Source of the DNA: Gemmatimonadales bacterium
GTDB lineage: Bacteria; Gemmatimonadota; Gemmatimonadetes; Gemmatimonadales; GWC2-71-9
Assembly (NCBI GenBank): GCA_965249575.1
Contig: OZ252244.1
Coordinates: forward strand, 3,040,001 to 3,104,000
Direction: 5' to 3'
DNA: 64,000 bases
Shown: in pieces, positions 30,027 to 38,438 of the stretch
How positions within the stretch are numbered: the stretch's first letter is position 1
Layout of the letters: each line of letters starts with the position of its first letter
Program-made: the position numbers and the translations under genes
Notes under the pieces: generated by a model
Databases searched by the model: none
The model's input: only the letters and a program-made list of their open reading frames with translations
Told to the model about the DNA's origin: nothing

Positions 30027-31376
30027 TCAGCTCACTTGCATCGGTTTCGGCGCCCCATCCGGCCCGTTGTCCCAGTCCTGTGCGCTCGACTGGTTCGGCA
30101 TGCCCCACTGGTGCCCGTTCCAGCCGTCGAATCCGTCCATCTTGAGGGCCCAGAACCCCGTCGTCATGTCGGCGATGACGATCAAGCCATCCGCGTTCCG
30201 GACGTCCACGCCAAAGGCACCGTTGGCCAGAGTGCCCGGTCCGCCCGAACCCATGGCGTGCGGGCCGTCGAAGGTGTCGTAATAGGCCACGGTGTAGGGG
30301 TTCGTGGGGTCCATCAAATTGAAGACGTGCAGGCCGTCCTCGTACGTTGCCGAGAACGCGTAGGGCCACCGAACCTCGGTCTGGTGTGGTGGGTTGTGGA
30401 TGTCGACGGTCCAGGCTCCGATCGGGCGCGTGACGTTCTTGACCTCGCCGTCGTACGCGGGCTGAAGATCGAACATGCGGTACAGATTCTGGCCGCCCTG
30501 CTTCGTAATGACGTAGCGGCCGTCCGGTGTGGGGTTGAACGTGTGAGCGCCGGTCATACCGGGCGCACCGACGATCGAGGCGAGGAGCTGGGGCTCCGAG
30601 GGATCGGTGACGTCCCAAACGTAGTAGCCTCCGTCCCTGGTCACTTCCGGCCCACCCCCGAAAAAGCGATCCTTCCGCGTAACCGGGTCGTAGCCGACGT
30701 ATGCGTCGTGGTATCCCCCCTGCGCGCCCCGCGGCTCCGGCAGCGGTATCCGGCCGACCAGCCCGTGATTCGGGGCGCCGCTCAACAGCAACTCCATGTC
30801 GTAGATGTTCATGCCGTGTGGTGCGGTGAGCGGCGAGTTGACCGTCGCGAACAGTAGTGCCCGCCCGGTCGAGTGCTTGTACATGAAGATGTTGTGGAAT
30901 CCGCCGGGCGTGTCGGGTGCGCGTATGCGGTGGAGCTCCCTGACGGTCGAGCTGTCCGGCAGTCCGTTCACGTCGTACACGATCGCCCCGAGGTCGCGGT
31001 CGGCGCTCCCAGCCCGAAACTGGAATGCCTGCACGTCGTAATACCGGCCGTTCAGCTTGAAATACTTGTTGTCCAACGCCCGGCCCCGGTGCTCACCGGG
31101 ATTCTCGATTTCCCAGCTGTAGATCACCTGGGCTTTCCTCGGGTCTTCGAGATCGATGATGTGGAAGCCATACGTGGATCGGCGCGAGACGTAGGCGTAA
31201 GGCCGTGACAGGTCCTGTTCGATCTCGAGATCGTTGGCATGAAACCCGCCCCCCACGGGGATGTGCGACAACACCTTCATGTTGGGGCTGCCCTGCATGC
31301 CGGGGGGGTACTGAGAGACAGCGGGGGACGCCAACAGGATTCCCAGGCCAAGCGAAAACACGAATAGCCGGTTCAT
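30027..31376 (-). CDS. Secreted LVIVD-like beta-propeller, array copy P1
   Basis: GGAG RBS; signal ...PAVS|Q; the fourth His motif is PHQTEV. Confidence 0.88.
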   Translation of the reverse strand: MNRLFVFSLGLGILLASPAVSQYPPGMQGSPNMKVLSHIPVGGGFHANDLEIEQDLSRPYAYVSRRSTYGFHIIDLEDPRKAQVIYSWEIENPGEHRGRALDNKYFKLNGRYYDVQAFQFRAGSADRDLGAIVYDVNGLPDSSTVRELHRIRAPDTPGGFHNIFMYKHSTGRALLFATVNSPLTAPHGMNIYDMELLLSGAPNHGLVGRIPLPEPRGAQGGYHDAYVGYDPVTRKDRFFGGGPEVTRDGGYYVWDVTDPSEPQLLASIVGAPGMTGAHTFNPTPDGRYVITKQGGQNLYRMFDLQPAYDGEVKNVTRPIGAWTVDIHNPPHQTEVRWPYAFSATYEDGLHVFNLMDPTNPYTVAYYDTFDGPHAMGSGGPGTLANGAFGVDVRNADGLIVIADMTTGFWALKMDGFDGWNGHQWGMPNQSSAQDWDNGPDGAPKPMQVS

Positions 31377-31426
31377 ATCAGCTCCAGGAAAGAACAGCAA
31401 TGAGTCCACCCCGCTCAGGCCGCACC

Positions 31427-31476
31427 CCGAGCGAGGAGTTAGGGTGGGGTGCGGGGCCCCCTCACTCCTTACTCGG
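31427..31476. repeat. Intergenic inverted repeat (CCGAG.GAGGAGT type)
   Basis: CCGAGCGAGGAGTTAGG versus CCTCACTCCTTACTCGG. Confidence 0.8.
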
Positions 31477-31568
31477 CGCGGCGGGGTGGGGAAAGGCCCT
31501 TCCTTACCGTCTGTCGAATATGCACCGCACTCCCTGCCTCCGCCACGCGCGTCGCGAAGCAGGGGGGC

Positions 31569-31605
31569 AAGAAAAAGGGGTGCCAACCTGTCGGTCGACA
31601 CCCCT
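31569..31605 (-). terminator. Rho-independent terminator after susD1
   Basis: Minus-strand 13-bp stem AGGGGUGUCGACC-GACA-GGUUGGCACCCCU (two G-U pairs) followed by UUUUCUU. Confidence 0.8.
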
Positions 31606-31629
31606 ACTCCCTACTCCCTACTCCCTACT
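31602..31629. repeat. Perfect heptamer tandem CCCTACT x4
   Basis: Read directly; abuts the susD1 stop codon. Confidence 0.9.
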
Positions 31630-33059
31630 TAGAACCGCGTCCCTCCCGGGATGCCATCGTGCTGGCTGCATCCGCCCCTCGGCGCGACGTTCTTCCGAGC
31701 ATCACACTCGTCGTCCTGGATTGGCACGTACTCGTAGATGCGGTCTCCGCGGCCCCGTGGGCCCTCAAGCGTCAGCAGCCGCCCGGTGCGGCGAAGATCG
31801 ACCCACCGGTGCCCAAACTCGAACATGAGGGAATACCGACGGTTGTAGAGGATCTCGTCGATCTGCGCGGCCATGGTCATGGCGCCCCACGCCGCCGGCG
31901 TAATGGCCTCCAGACCGCCCGAGTTCACGCGGACGTAGTTGACGTCCGCGAGCGCGCCGGGGAGGTCGCTCGTTCGCAACCGCGCCTCTGCCCGGATGAG
32001 GATCAACTCCTCGTTCCGGATGACCGGAATCGGCGCCGTGTTCGTATTGTAGAGCGTAAACTTCAGGTCCGAAGTCACGTTGTTGAGGGCGAGCGGGGGC
32101 GTGGGAGCCGTCTTTCTCGTGAGCCGCGCATCGACCAGCATTGTGATCGGATTGATCAGAGCGTCTCCCACCAGGTTCGTGTCCGCCAGGTACTCGAACC
32201 CGGCCGGATCGAAGAAGTTGTTGGTTTCGTCGCCCGAGGCCGTGGAGTAGACGTTCCAGACGCCCAGGTCGAGATCGGCACCCGGGCTGTCGTCCAGGAA
32301 CGACGCGGTCAGCGCATCCAATGCCGCCGTATTGTCGCCGGCCTCGAGTGCCGCCCGGGCCTTCATAGCCCGGTTGAATGCGATGAACGGCGTTGGAGTG
32401 TTGAATCCGTCGAACCCCGACGTCACCTCGAAGGGGAACAAGCCTCCGCCGGCCATCAAGTGCGTCATGCCCTCGTTGTACTTCGTGAGGATGTACGTGA
32501 ACGCCTCGGCCTCCGTCACGATCGGCGCTAAGCCTGCGGACGCATCCCGGTCGGTGTCCACCACGATCCCGACCTGGCCCTGCATCCGCAGCTGGCTGTG
32601 GAGGATGGCGGCCTCGATGGTCTTGGCGAAGCCCCGCACGGCTTCCTTCTCCGCGGTGGTCACCTCCGGTCCGAGCGCGTCGAGCGCCGCCCGGAGCGCG
32701 TTCGCCGTGTTGACGGCCACGTACGAGTCAGACCACCCGAGCCCCCCCGGTGACGACGGCGAGAGCGGGTCGTCGAACTCGGTGAGGGCCGTGCGGGCCA
32801 CGGCCAGGTAGTAGCCCTCGCGTCCGTAGTGCGCGGGCGTTTGGATCTTGTCATCGGTTGCATCCCGCAGCGCCCACTGGAGACCGATCGCCGTCGCCTG
32901 TACGATGGCGAGCGTCGGGTCGTCCGTGAGGGCGTTGATGCTGGGTTCGTCCTTGTTCGGCACGTTGAAGTCGCCGCAGGCAGCCACCGCCACGAGCACA
33001 CCGGCGGCGGCGAGAACTACTGTCGGTCTCATGATGAAACGCCTCGTCAGGTGTGTCAT
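31629..33059 (-). CDS. SusD/RagB-family outer-membrane lipoprotein (susD1)
   Basis: Lipobox VAAC; IRNEELILIRAEA and RRYSLMFEFGHRWVDLRR; lies 2 nt downstream of susC1. Confidence 0.92.
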   Translation of the reverse strand: MTHLTRRFIMRPTVVLAAAGVLVAVAACGDFNVPNKDEPSINALTDDPTLAIVQATAIGLQWALRDATDDKIQTPAHYGREGYYLAVARTALTEFDDPLSPSSPGGLGWSDSYVAVNTANALRAALDALGPEVTTAEKEAVRGFAKTIEAAILHSQLRMQGQVGIVVDTDRDASAGLAPIVTEAEAFTYILTKYNEGMTHLMAGGGLFPFEVTSGFDGFNTPTPFIAFNRAMKARAALEAGDNTAALDALTASFLDDSPGADLDLGVWNVYSTASGDETNNFFDPAGFEYLADTNLVGDALINPITMLVDARLTRKTAPTPPLALNNVTSDLKFTLYNTNTAPIPVIRNEELILIRAEARLRTSDLPGALADVNYVRVNSGGLEAITPAAWGAMTMAAQIDEILYNRRYSLMFEFGHRWVDLRRTGRLLTLEGPRGRGDRIYEYVPIQDDECDARKNVAPRGGCSQHDGIPGGTRF

Positions 33060-33061
33060 GG

Positions 33062-36000
33062 TTAGAACCCCAGGTCGACGGAGAACCAGAACGAACGGCT
33101 GGACGGATACGACGCGAACTCGCGGGTGCGCCCGATGTTGTTCATTTCCTGGTTCCCGCTGTTGTAGTTAGCGGTCGCCGGGTCGTTGCCCGGGAAGAAG
33201 TTGCCACCCAAGATGCTCTGATTCGTGATCAGGTTCCGGCCGCTTAGGCTGATCGAGGCGGTCCGGATGCTGCCCCAGATTTGCTGAGTGAGCGACCGCG
33301 GCAGGTCGAGGCTCACCTTCAACTCGCGCATCTTGATGTGCGATGCATTCCTGGAGTGGGTGTCGACCGCCAGCCGTCGCCACTGACGCCGCTCGTCGCC
33401 GAGCTTCAGGCCGGTTTCCGGATTGATGTCGTCGAAGTCGAACGCGGTCTTCCCGCCGTCCCAGTGGCGCCACGTCCCCAGGTTCACGTGACCGCCCTTG
33501 ACCGCGTCGACGCTCATGCTGATCCCGAGGGCCTTGTGCTGGAAATTCGTGACCAGGCCGGCCTGCCACTTCCGCTCCTGCGTGTCGTAGGCGCGTACCA
33601 CTGTCTGTGGAACCGTGTTCGGGTCGCTGTCCGTAAAGGCAGCGTGGGCACCGGGCAGGGTGTCGTTCCCGCCGAACTGGGAGATCGACTTGCCTTCCTC
33701 GACGAACACGGCGAACTGGCTGGTGAATCCGCCCGACTGGAAGCAGGGCGTGGACCCGCTGAACGGGCAGGTGCTCTCGAGCGGCAGCTCCAGGACCTTG
33801 CTGCGGTTGAGGGTGAAGTTACCGGTGAAGGTCAGGGACGTCGTGGCCGACCGCAGTGCCGCGAGGCTCAGGACGGTCTCGAGGCCGTTGACCCGGAACT
33901 TCCCGCCGTTGAACAGCTCGCTGTCGAAGCCGGTGGTGGGCGCGAGCGGGCGCCGCAAGAGGGCGTCGGTGATGCGCTTGTGGAAGAGGGTGACCTCGAG
34001 CAGGACGCGGCCCTGCGCCAGCTGGGCGTCGATGCCGCCCTCGAACTCGGTCTGCCGTTCGGGCTTGGCGTCGACGTTGCCCGACGTGCCCTCGATTCTC
34101 AGGGCGCCCAGCCCCTCGATGATCTCGGGCTCGAGATTGGTGAACTTCTGCCCGAACAGCGGCTGGTTGCCGGACTGCCCCCAGGCGCCCCGGAACTTGA
34201 CCTCGTTGACGAATCCGGTGTTGCCGAGGGTCAGCCGGTAGGCGATGGACGCCTTCGGGTAGAAATAGAATTTGCCGATGTCGGAGTTATTGCTGCTCTT
34301 GTCCGCCCGGCCGCCCACCGTGGCCAGCAGGCGGTCGTTGATCAGGATCTCCTCCTGGGCAAAGAAGCCGAGATCCTTCACGACCGTCTGGTCTGACTCG
34401 ACGAGCCGGGCGGTCGCCGCCCCGATGCTCGGCGTGCCGCCCACGAGGCCCCGACCCGCGGACCGCTCGAGGACTAACTCGACCCGCTCGAACTGCGAGC
34501 CCAGCGAGGTCGTGGCCTGGAGGCCTCCGCCGGCCGACCGGAACGTGTAGACCAGGTTCGAGTTGACGTTGGTGTTGATGTTGTGGCCCCAGGAGAGCAC
34601 CACGGTGCCCGGCAGGCCGTCGTCGTCCTCGAACATCAGCTCGGGCGGCGAGAAGACGTCCATCTTGTGCGTGTACTGGTCGACGCCGCCGTTCACGATC
34701 ACGTTCAGGGTGTGCTGCGGCGTGTTCAGGACGGACAGGTCAGCCCGACCGCTCCCGATCACGCGCCACACGGTCTCGTCGCGCTGCATGGCGACCGCCG
34801 AGTGGAGCGGGTTGCTGCCGCTGAAGGGATTGTCGGGGTAGATCCCGCCCTCGCAAGCCACCTGGCGCGAGCCGTCGGGGCACACCGCGCGAAGGTCGAA
34901 GAAGTTCGGGTGGTGGGGGAGAATGAAGTAATAGCTCGTCCCCGAGTTGTCGTTCCCGAACATGCCGCGGTCGGTCGCGGTCCGGATCACCTGCGCGCCG
35001 GTCGAGATCTTGAACCGGTCGCCGACCTGCTGGTCCAGGTTGAGCCGGAGCGAGGCCTTCTGGGCGAACGTCTCGATCACGATGCCCGGCTCGTGCCGGA
35101 ACAGCGCGGAGGCGAAGTACTGCGTGGTTTCCGTCCCGCCGCTCATGCTGGCGGAGAGGTCGGTCTGGATGGGCTTCCGGCCCGAGAGCTGATCCTCGAA
35201 GACGATCGGGGTGTAGCCGGCCTGGAAGTAATCATCAGAGTTTCCGCCAACCCCGTCGGGTCCCACCGCCTGCGGAAACGCGTCTACTGCGTCGGCCAGG
35301 TTCTGGAACACGCGCCCCCCGGTGCCGTTGCCGTGGGTGAAGGCCCGCTGGGCCATGCCCACCGCGGTCTTGATCTGGAACCGCGGCGCGCCCACCCGGC
35401 CGCGCTTGGTCGTGATGAGAATCACGCCGCCCGAGGCCTTGGAGCCGTAGATCGCGGCCGCCGACGCGCCCTTCAGCACCTCGACGCTCGCGATGTCGTT
35501 GGGGTTCAAGTCGGCGATCCGGTTGATCGGCGCCATCTGCTCCACGCTCGAAAGGTTCGCGCGCGAGGCCAGCTGGACCGCGTTGATGCCGCCCGAGATC
35601 CGTGCGTCGGAGACGATGACGCCGTCGAGCACGTAGAGTGGCGTGCCCGCTCCGAGCAGGGAGGTCGTGCCCCGCAACTGGATGCGCGAGCCGCCGCCTG
35701 GCTGGCCGGAGTTCTCCTGAATGAGAACGCCCGCCATCTTGCCCTGCAGCATCTGCTCGATGCTGGCCGAAGGCACCTTGGCGATCTCGGCGGCGGTCAC
35801 GGTGGCCACGGCGTTCGCGAGGTTCCGCTTCTCTACGCCGGTGGCCTGTCCGGTCACCACGATCGCCTCGAGCTGGAAGAAGTCGCGCCCGAGGGCGACG
35901 TTGACCGAGTTCTGGTTCGCCGACACTGTGACGTCTTGTCGCTTGAACCCGATGCTCCTGATGGTCAGAACCACGTCGCGCGTGGGCACCGCGACGGTGA

Positions 36001-36184
36001 ACGTCCCGTCGTCGGTGATCGTGGTCCCAATCGTCGTGCCCTGGACGGATACCTGTCCTGAGACGACGATGTCACTTGAGAGCGAGTCCGTGACCCGCCC
36101 CGTAACCAGCCGCGTCTGCGCCGACGCGGTGCCGAACCCGATGATCGTCAGGACGGCTGCTAACAGACTGGATCTGAAACTCAT
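33062..36184 (-). CDS. SusC/RagA-family TonB-dependent transporter (susC1)
   Basis: GGAGG RBS; signal peptide; N-terminal CarboxypepD_reg-like domain; plug (PLYVLDGV, DIASVEVLKGASAAAIYGSKASGGVILITTKRG); KFRGAWGQSGNQ; terminal Phe. Confidence 0.95.
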   Translation of the reverse strand: MSFRSSLLAAVLTIIGFGTASAQTRLVTGRVTDSLSSDIVVSGQVSVQGTTIGTTITDDGTFTVAVPTRDVVLTIRSIGFKRQDVTVSANQNSVNVALGRDFFQLEAIVVTGQATGVEKRNLANAVATVTAAEIAKVPSASIEQMLQGKMAGVLIQENSGQPGGGSRIQLRGTTSLLGAGTPLYVLDGVIVSDARISGGINAVQLASRANLSSVEQMAPINRIADLNPNDIASVEVLKGASAAAIYGSKASGGVILITTKRGRVGAPRFQIKTAVGMAQRAFTHGNGTGGRVFQNLADAVDAFPQAVGPDGVGGNSDDYFQAGYTPIVFEDQLSGRKPIQTDLSASMSGGTETTQYFASALFRHEPGIVIETFAQKASLRLNLDQQVGDRFKISTGAQVIRTATDRGMFGNDNSGTSYYFILPHHPNFFDLRAVCPDGSRQVACEGGIYPDNPFSGSNPLHSAVAMQRDETVWRVIGSGRADLSVLNTPQHTLNVIVNGGVDQYTHKMDVFSPPELMFEDDDGLPGTVVLSWGHNINTNVNSNLVYTFRSAGGGLQATTSLGSQFERVELVLERSAGRGLVGGTPSIGAATARLVESDQTVVKDLGFFAQEEILINDRLLATVGGRADKSSNNSDIGKFYFYPKASIAYRLTLGNTGFVNEVKFRGAWGQSGNQPLFGQKFTNLEPEIIEGLGALRIEGTSGNVDAKPERQTEFEGGIDAQLAQGRVLLEVTLFHKRITDALLRRPLAPTTGFDSELFNGGKFRVNGLETVLSLAALRSATTSLTFTGNFTLNRSKVLELPLESTCPFSGSTPCFQSGGFTSQFAVFVEEGKSISQFGGNDTLPGAHAAFTDSDPNTVPQTVVRAYDTQERKWQAGLVTNFQHKALGISMSVDAVKGGHVNLGTWRHWDGGKTAFDFDDINPETGLKLGDERRQWRRLAVDTHSRNASHIKMRELKVSLDLPRSLTQQIWGSIRTASISLSGRNLITNQSILGGNFFPGNDPATANYNSGNQEMNNIGRTREFASYPSSRSFWFSVDLGF

Positions 36185-36582
36185 GCTTCAACCTCCCGGT
36201 GGGGTAATTCGACGCATAAAATATCGTGGCGGCCCGGTGATCCCGAAACCACTGCACGACATGTCGAATGCGATGTGTTTAGTCAACATGTAGATACGCG
36301 CGGGGCCCATGTCTGTCAATACCACCTCCACGGGTGTTGGTACGGTCCCTTAACCGCAATGACAGTCAAGGTTTGGGGGTAGTGAAAAGTGATTCGAATA
36401 GTCGGCTTTCTCGCATGAAGCAATGCCAGTCTCGGCGTGAAAAAGCGCTTAACGCGGTGATACGCGGCCTGGACTCCTCTGATCGATCCATCGCGATTGG
36501 TATCGCCGGCCCTGGAGGGCGCTCTTTGCCCGCGTCCGTCAGGACGCGCTCCATTTGGCCGAGCCCGCATTTCAAGGCGGGA

Positions 36583-36626
36583 GAACGGAAAAGCGGACCC
36601 ACTCGAGGTGGCCCGCCTTCCGGTTC
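36583..36626 (-). terminator. Probable terminator downstream of the multicopper oxidase
   Basis: Minus-strand GGCGGGCCAC-CTCGA-GTGGGTCCGCT stem followed by TTT. Confidence 0.5.
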
Positions 36627-36710
36627 CTACTTGTTCGGTTCCAATTCAGGTGTCGGCCAGGTGCCGGGCTTGATTCAGTATGGGTCTGACGCCTGAAACC
36701 TGGCACCTGT

Positions 36711-38438
36711 TTACATCGGTCTGGGCAGATCCGGCCCCTCGACCTGGAACGCCATCATCATTCCCGATTGCAGGTGCTCGGCGATGTGGCAGTGCGCCAT
36801 CCAGCTGCCGGGGTTGGTGAGCTCGAGCAGGATGTCGGCGTTGGAGCCCACGGTGACGAGCTCCGTGTCCTTCCACACCAGGTTCTTGTTCGGGATCCCG
36901 TCCTTCTCGAGCACGAGGAACCGCTGCCCGTGGAAGTGGACAGGGTGGTTCATTGGGTGGAACGACGCCGCGTCGTTGTGGATGCGGATCTTGACGAAGT
37001 CGCCGACCTGGAACTTCCAGGCGATGTCCATGTTCTCGGCGCCCGTCCCCTCCTCGCGGATGATCCACCGCACCTGATCCAGCCCGGTCGAGATCCAGTT
37101 CATGTCGGACATGTTGTCCGTCCACTCCACCGGCGCTCTGTAGGAGGTGTCGATGCTGATGAACTGGAGCATGGGGATCGGCAGGTTGTCCATCTCGACC
37201 GTCAACGTGATCTCATGATCGATCGGTCGGTCGAAGTGCGGCCGGATCTGCTCGATCTCTGCGATGAGGGAGTCGTCCTGGCGGAGGGTCTCGAATGCGT
37301 GGGTATGGTCCTCTTCCACGTCCCCATCCGTGACCATGACCATGCCGAGTGTATCCACTGCCGGATAGAACTCGCCCAACATGTGGTCGATCGCCTGAAT
37401 CCGGTTGGTCAGGTAGAACGTGCCCGCGCTATCGAACTTGGCTTCGACGGTGTATCGCTGCGCCGGCGCGATGACGACCGTGCTGACCATCATCTCCCTC
37501 TCGTAGCGGCTGAGATCCGCCCCGACGAGCTTGAGCGGGAAGCCGCCGATGGACAGGTTGTACACCCGTGCGTTGGCGACGTTGGTGAGGTAGAACCGGA
37601 CGACCTCGCCTTTGTTGACGTGCAGGTGATAGAATGACTCGCCGTTGACGAGCATCATGTTTCCGAACCGGCCCATGAGTGCGAAGTCCGACGCCTCCTT
37701 CCCGAACGGGATCAGGGTGTCCCCGCCGATGAGGATGTCGTCCAGCATGACGATCTCTTCGCGGTTGACCGGGCTGTAGTAATCCTCCCGTGCCGGATCT
37801 ACGAGCATGTTCCCGTAGAGCCCCATGTCCTGCGCGATGTCTTCGCGGACGTGATCGTGATACCAGTAAATCCCCGCGTCCTTGAAGTTGACCTTGTAGA
37901 GGAAAGACTCGCCGGGCTGGACGGCCTCCTGCGTGACGGCCGTGCCATCAGAGGAGTTCTCCAACCGCACGCCGTGCCAGTGCACCGTGGACGGCAAGTC
38001 GATGCTGTTGACGAAATCGACGAATATCGTCGCGTCCTGCTTCACCCTGAGCAGCGGTCCGGGATATTGCCCGTTGTAGCCGTACATCTTGAACGTGCGG
38101 CCATGGACGGTCCGCTTGACGATCATCGCCTCGAGCCGCAGGGTGTCGCCGTTACCCATCGTGACGAGCTCCCGCGGCGTCGCCTCGGGAAGGGACTCGA
38201 GGTCGAGGCCCGCTCCAGGAAGGAAGGGCGTGGTCACCGGAGGATTGCCGAGTCCCGGAATCATCGGGGTGATCATCATCGGGAGGATCATCATTCCGCT
38301 CGGCACGACGCCTTCGCCGTGATCCATCTCCATCCCGGGCATCCCGCCCATCTGCGCCTGGCTGGAAGACAGGCCGACCGCCACCAGAGCGGTGCCGACA
38401 GCGAGTGCTCGGCCTCCCGTTCGCATGCGGCTCAGCAT
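36711..38438 (-). CDS. Multicopper oxidase (CueO/CopA/laccase-like) with Met-rich N-terminus
   Basis: All four Cu motifs present: HWH, WYHDH, HPVHFHG and HCHIAEHLQSGM; start MLSRMR overlaps the upstream stop. Confidence 0.93.
   Translation of the reverse strand: MLSRMRTGGRALAVGTALVAVGLSSSQAQMGGMPGMEMDHGEGVVPSGMMILPMMITPMIPGLGNPPVTTPFLPGAGLDLESLPEATPRELVTMGNGDTLRLEAMIVKRTVHGRTFKMYGYNGQYPGPLLRVKQDATIFVDFVNSIDLPSTVHWHGVRLENSSDGTAVTQEAVQPGESFLYKVNFKDAGIYWYHDHVREDIAQDMGLYGNMLVDPAREDYYSPVNREEIVMLDDILIGGDTLIPFGKEASDFALMGRFGNMMLVNGESFYHLHVNKGEVVRFYLTNVANARVYNLSIGGFPLKLVGADLSRYEREMMVSTVVIAPAQRYTVEAKFDSAGTFYLTNRIQAIDHMLGEFYPAVDTLGMVMVTDGDVEEDHTHAFETLRQDDSLIAEIEQIRPHFDRPIDHEITLTVEMDNLPIPMLQFISIDTSYRAPVEWTDNMSDMNWISTGLDQVRWIIREEGTGAENMDIAWKFQVGDFVKIRIHNDAASFHPMNHPVHFHGQRFLVLEKDGIPNKNLVWKDTELVTVGSNADILLELTNPGSWMAHCHIAEHLQSGMMMAFQVEGPDLPRPM

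Noticed and set aside
19157..31376. Integron cassette array (gene + hairpin units)
   Set aside because: No integrase; the hairpins lack consistent RYYYAAC/GTTRRRY ends; all genes are paralogs.
19157..31376. Diversity-generating retroelement
   Set aside because: No reverse transcriptase or template repeat; the variation includes indels and does not look adenine-specific.
19157..31376. Array as an assembly duplication artefact
   Set aside because: Copies differ substantially in loops, signal peptides and synonymous sites.
19033..31629. CRISPR array from the repeated 20-nt arms
   Set aside because: The repeats are inverted pairs mostly separated by whole genes, not direct repeats with short regular spacers; no cas genes.
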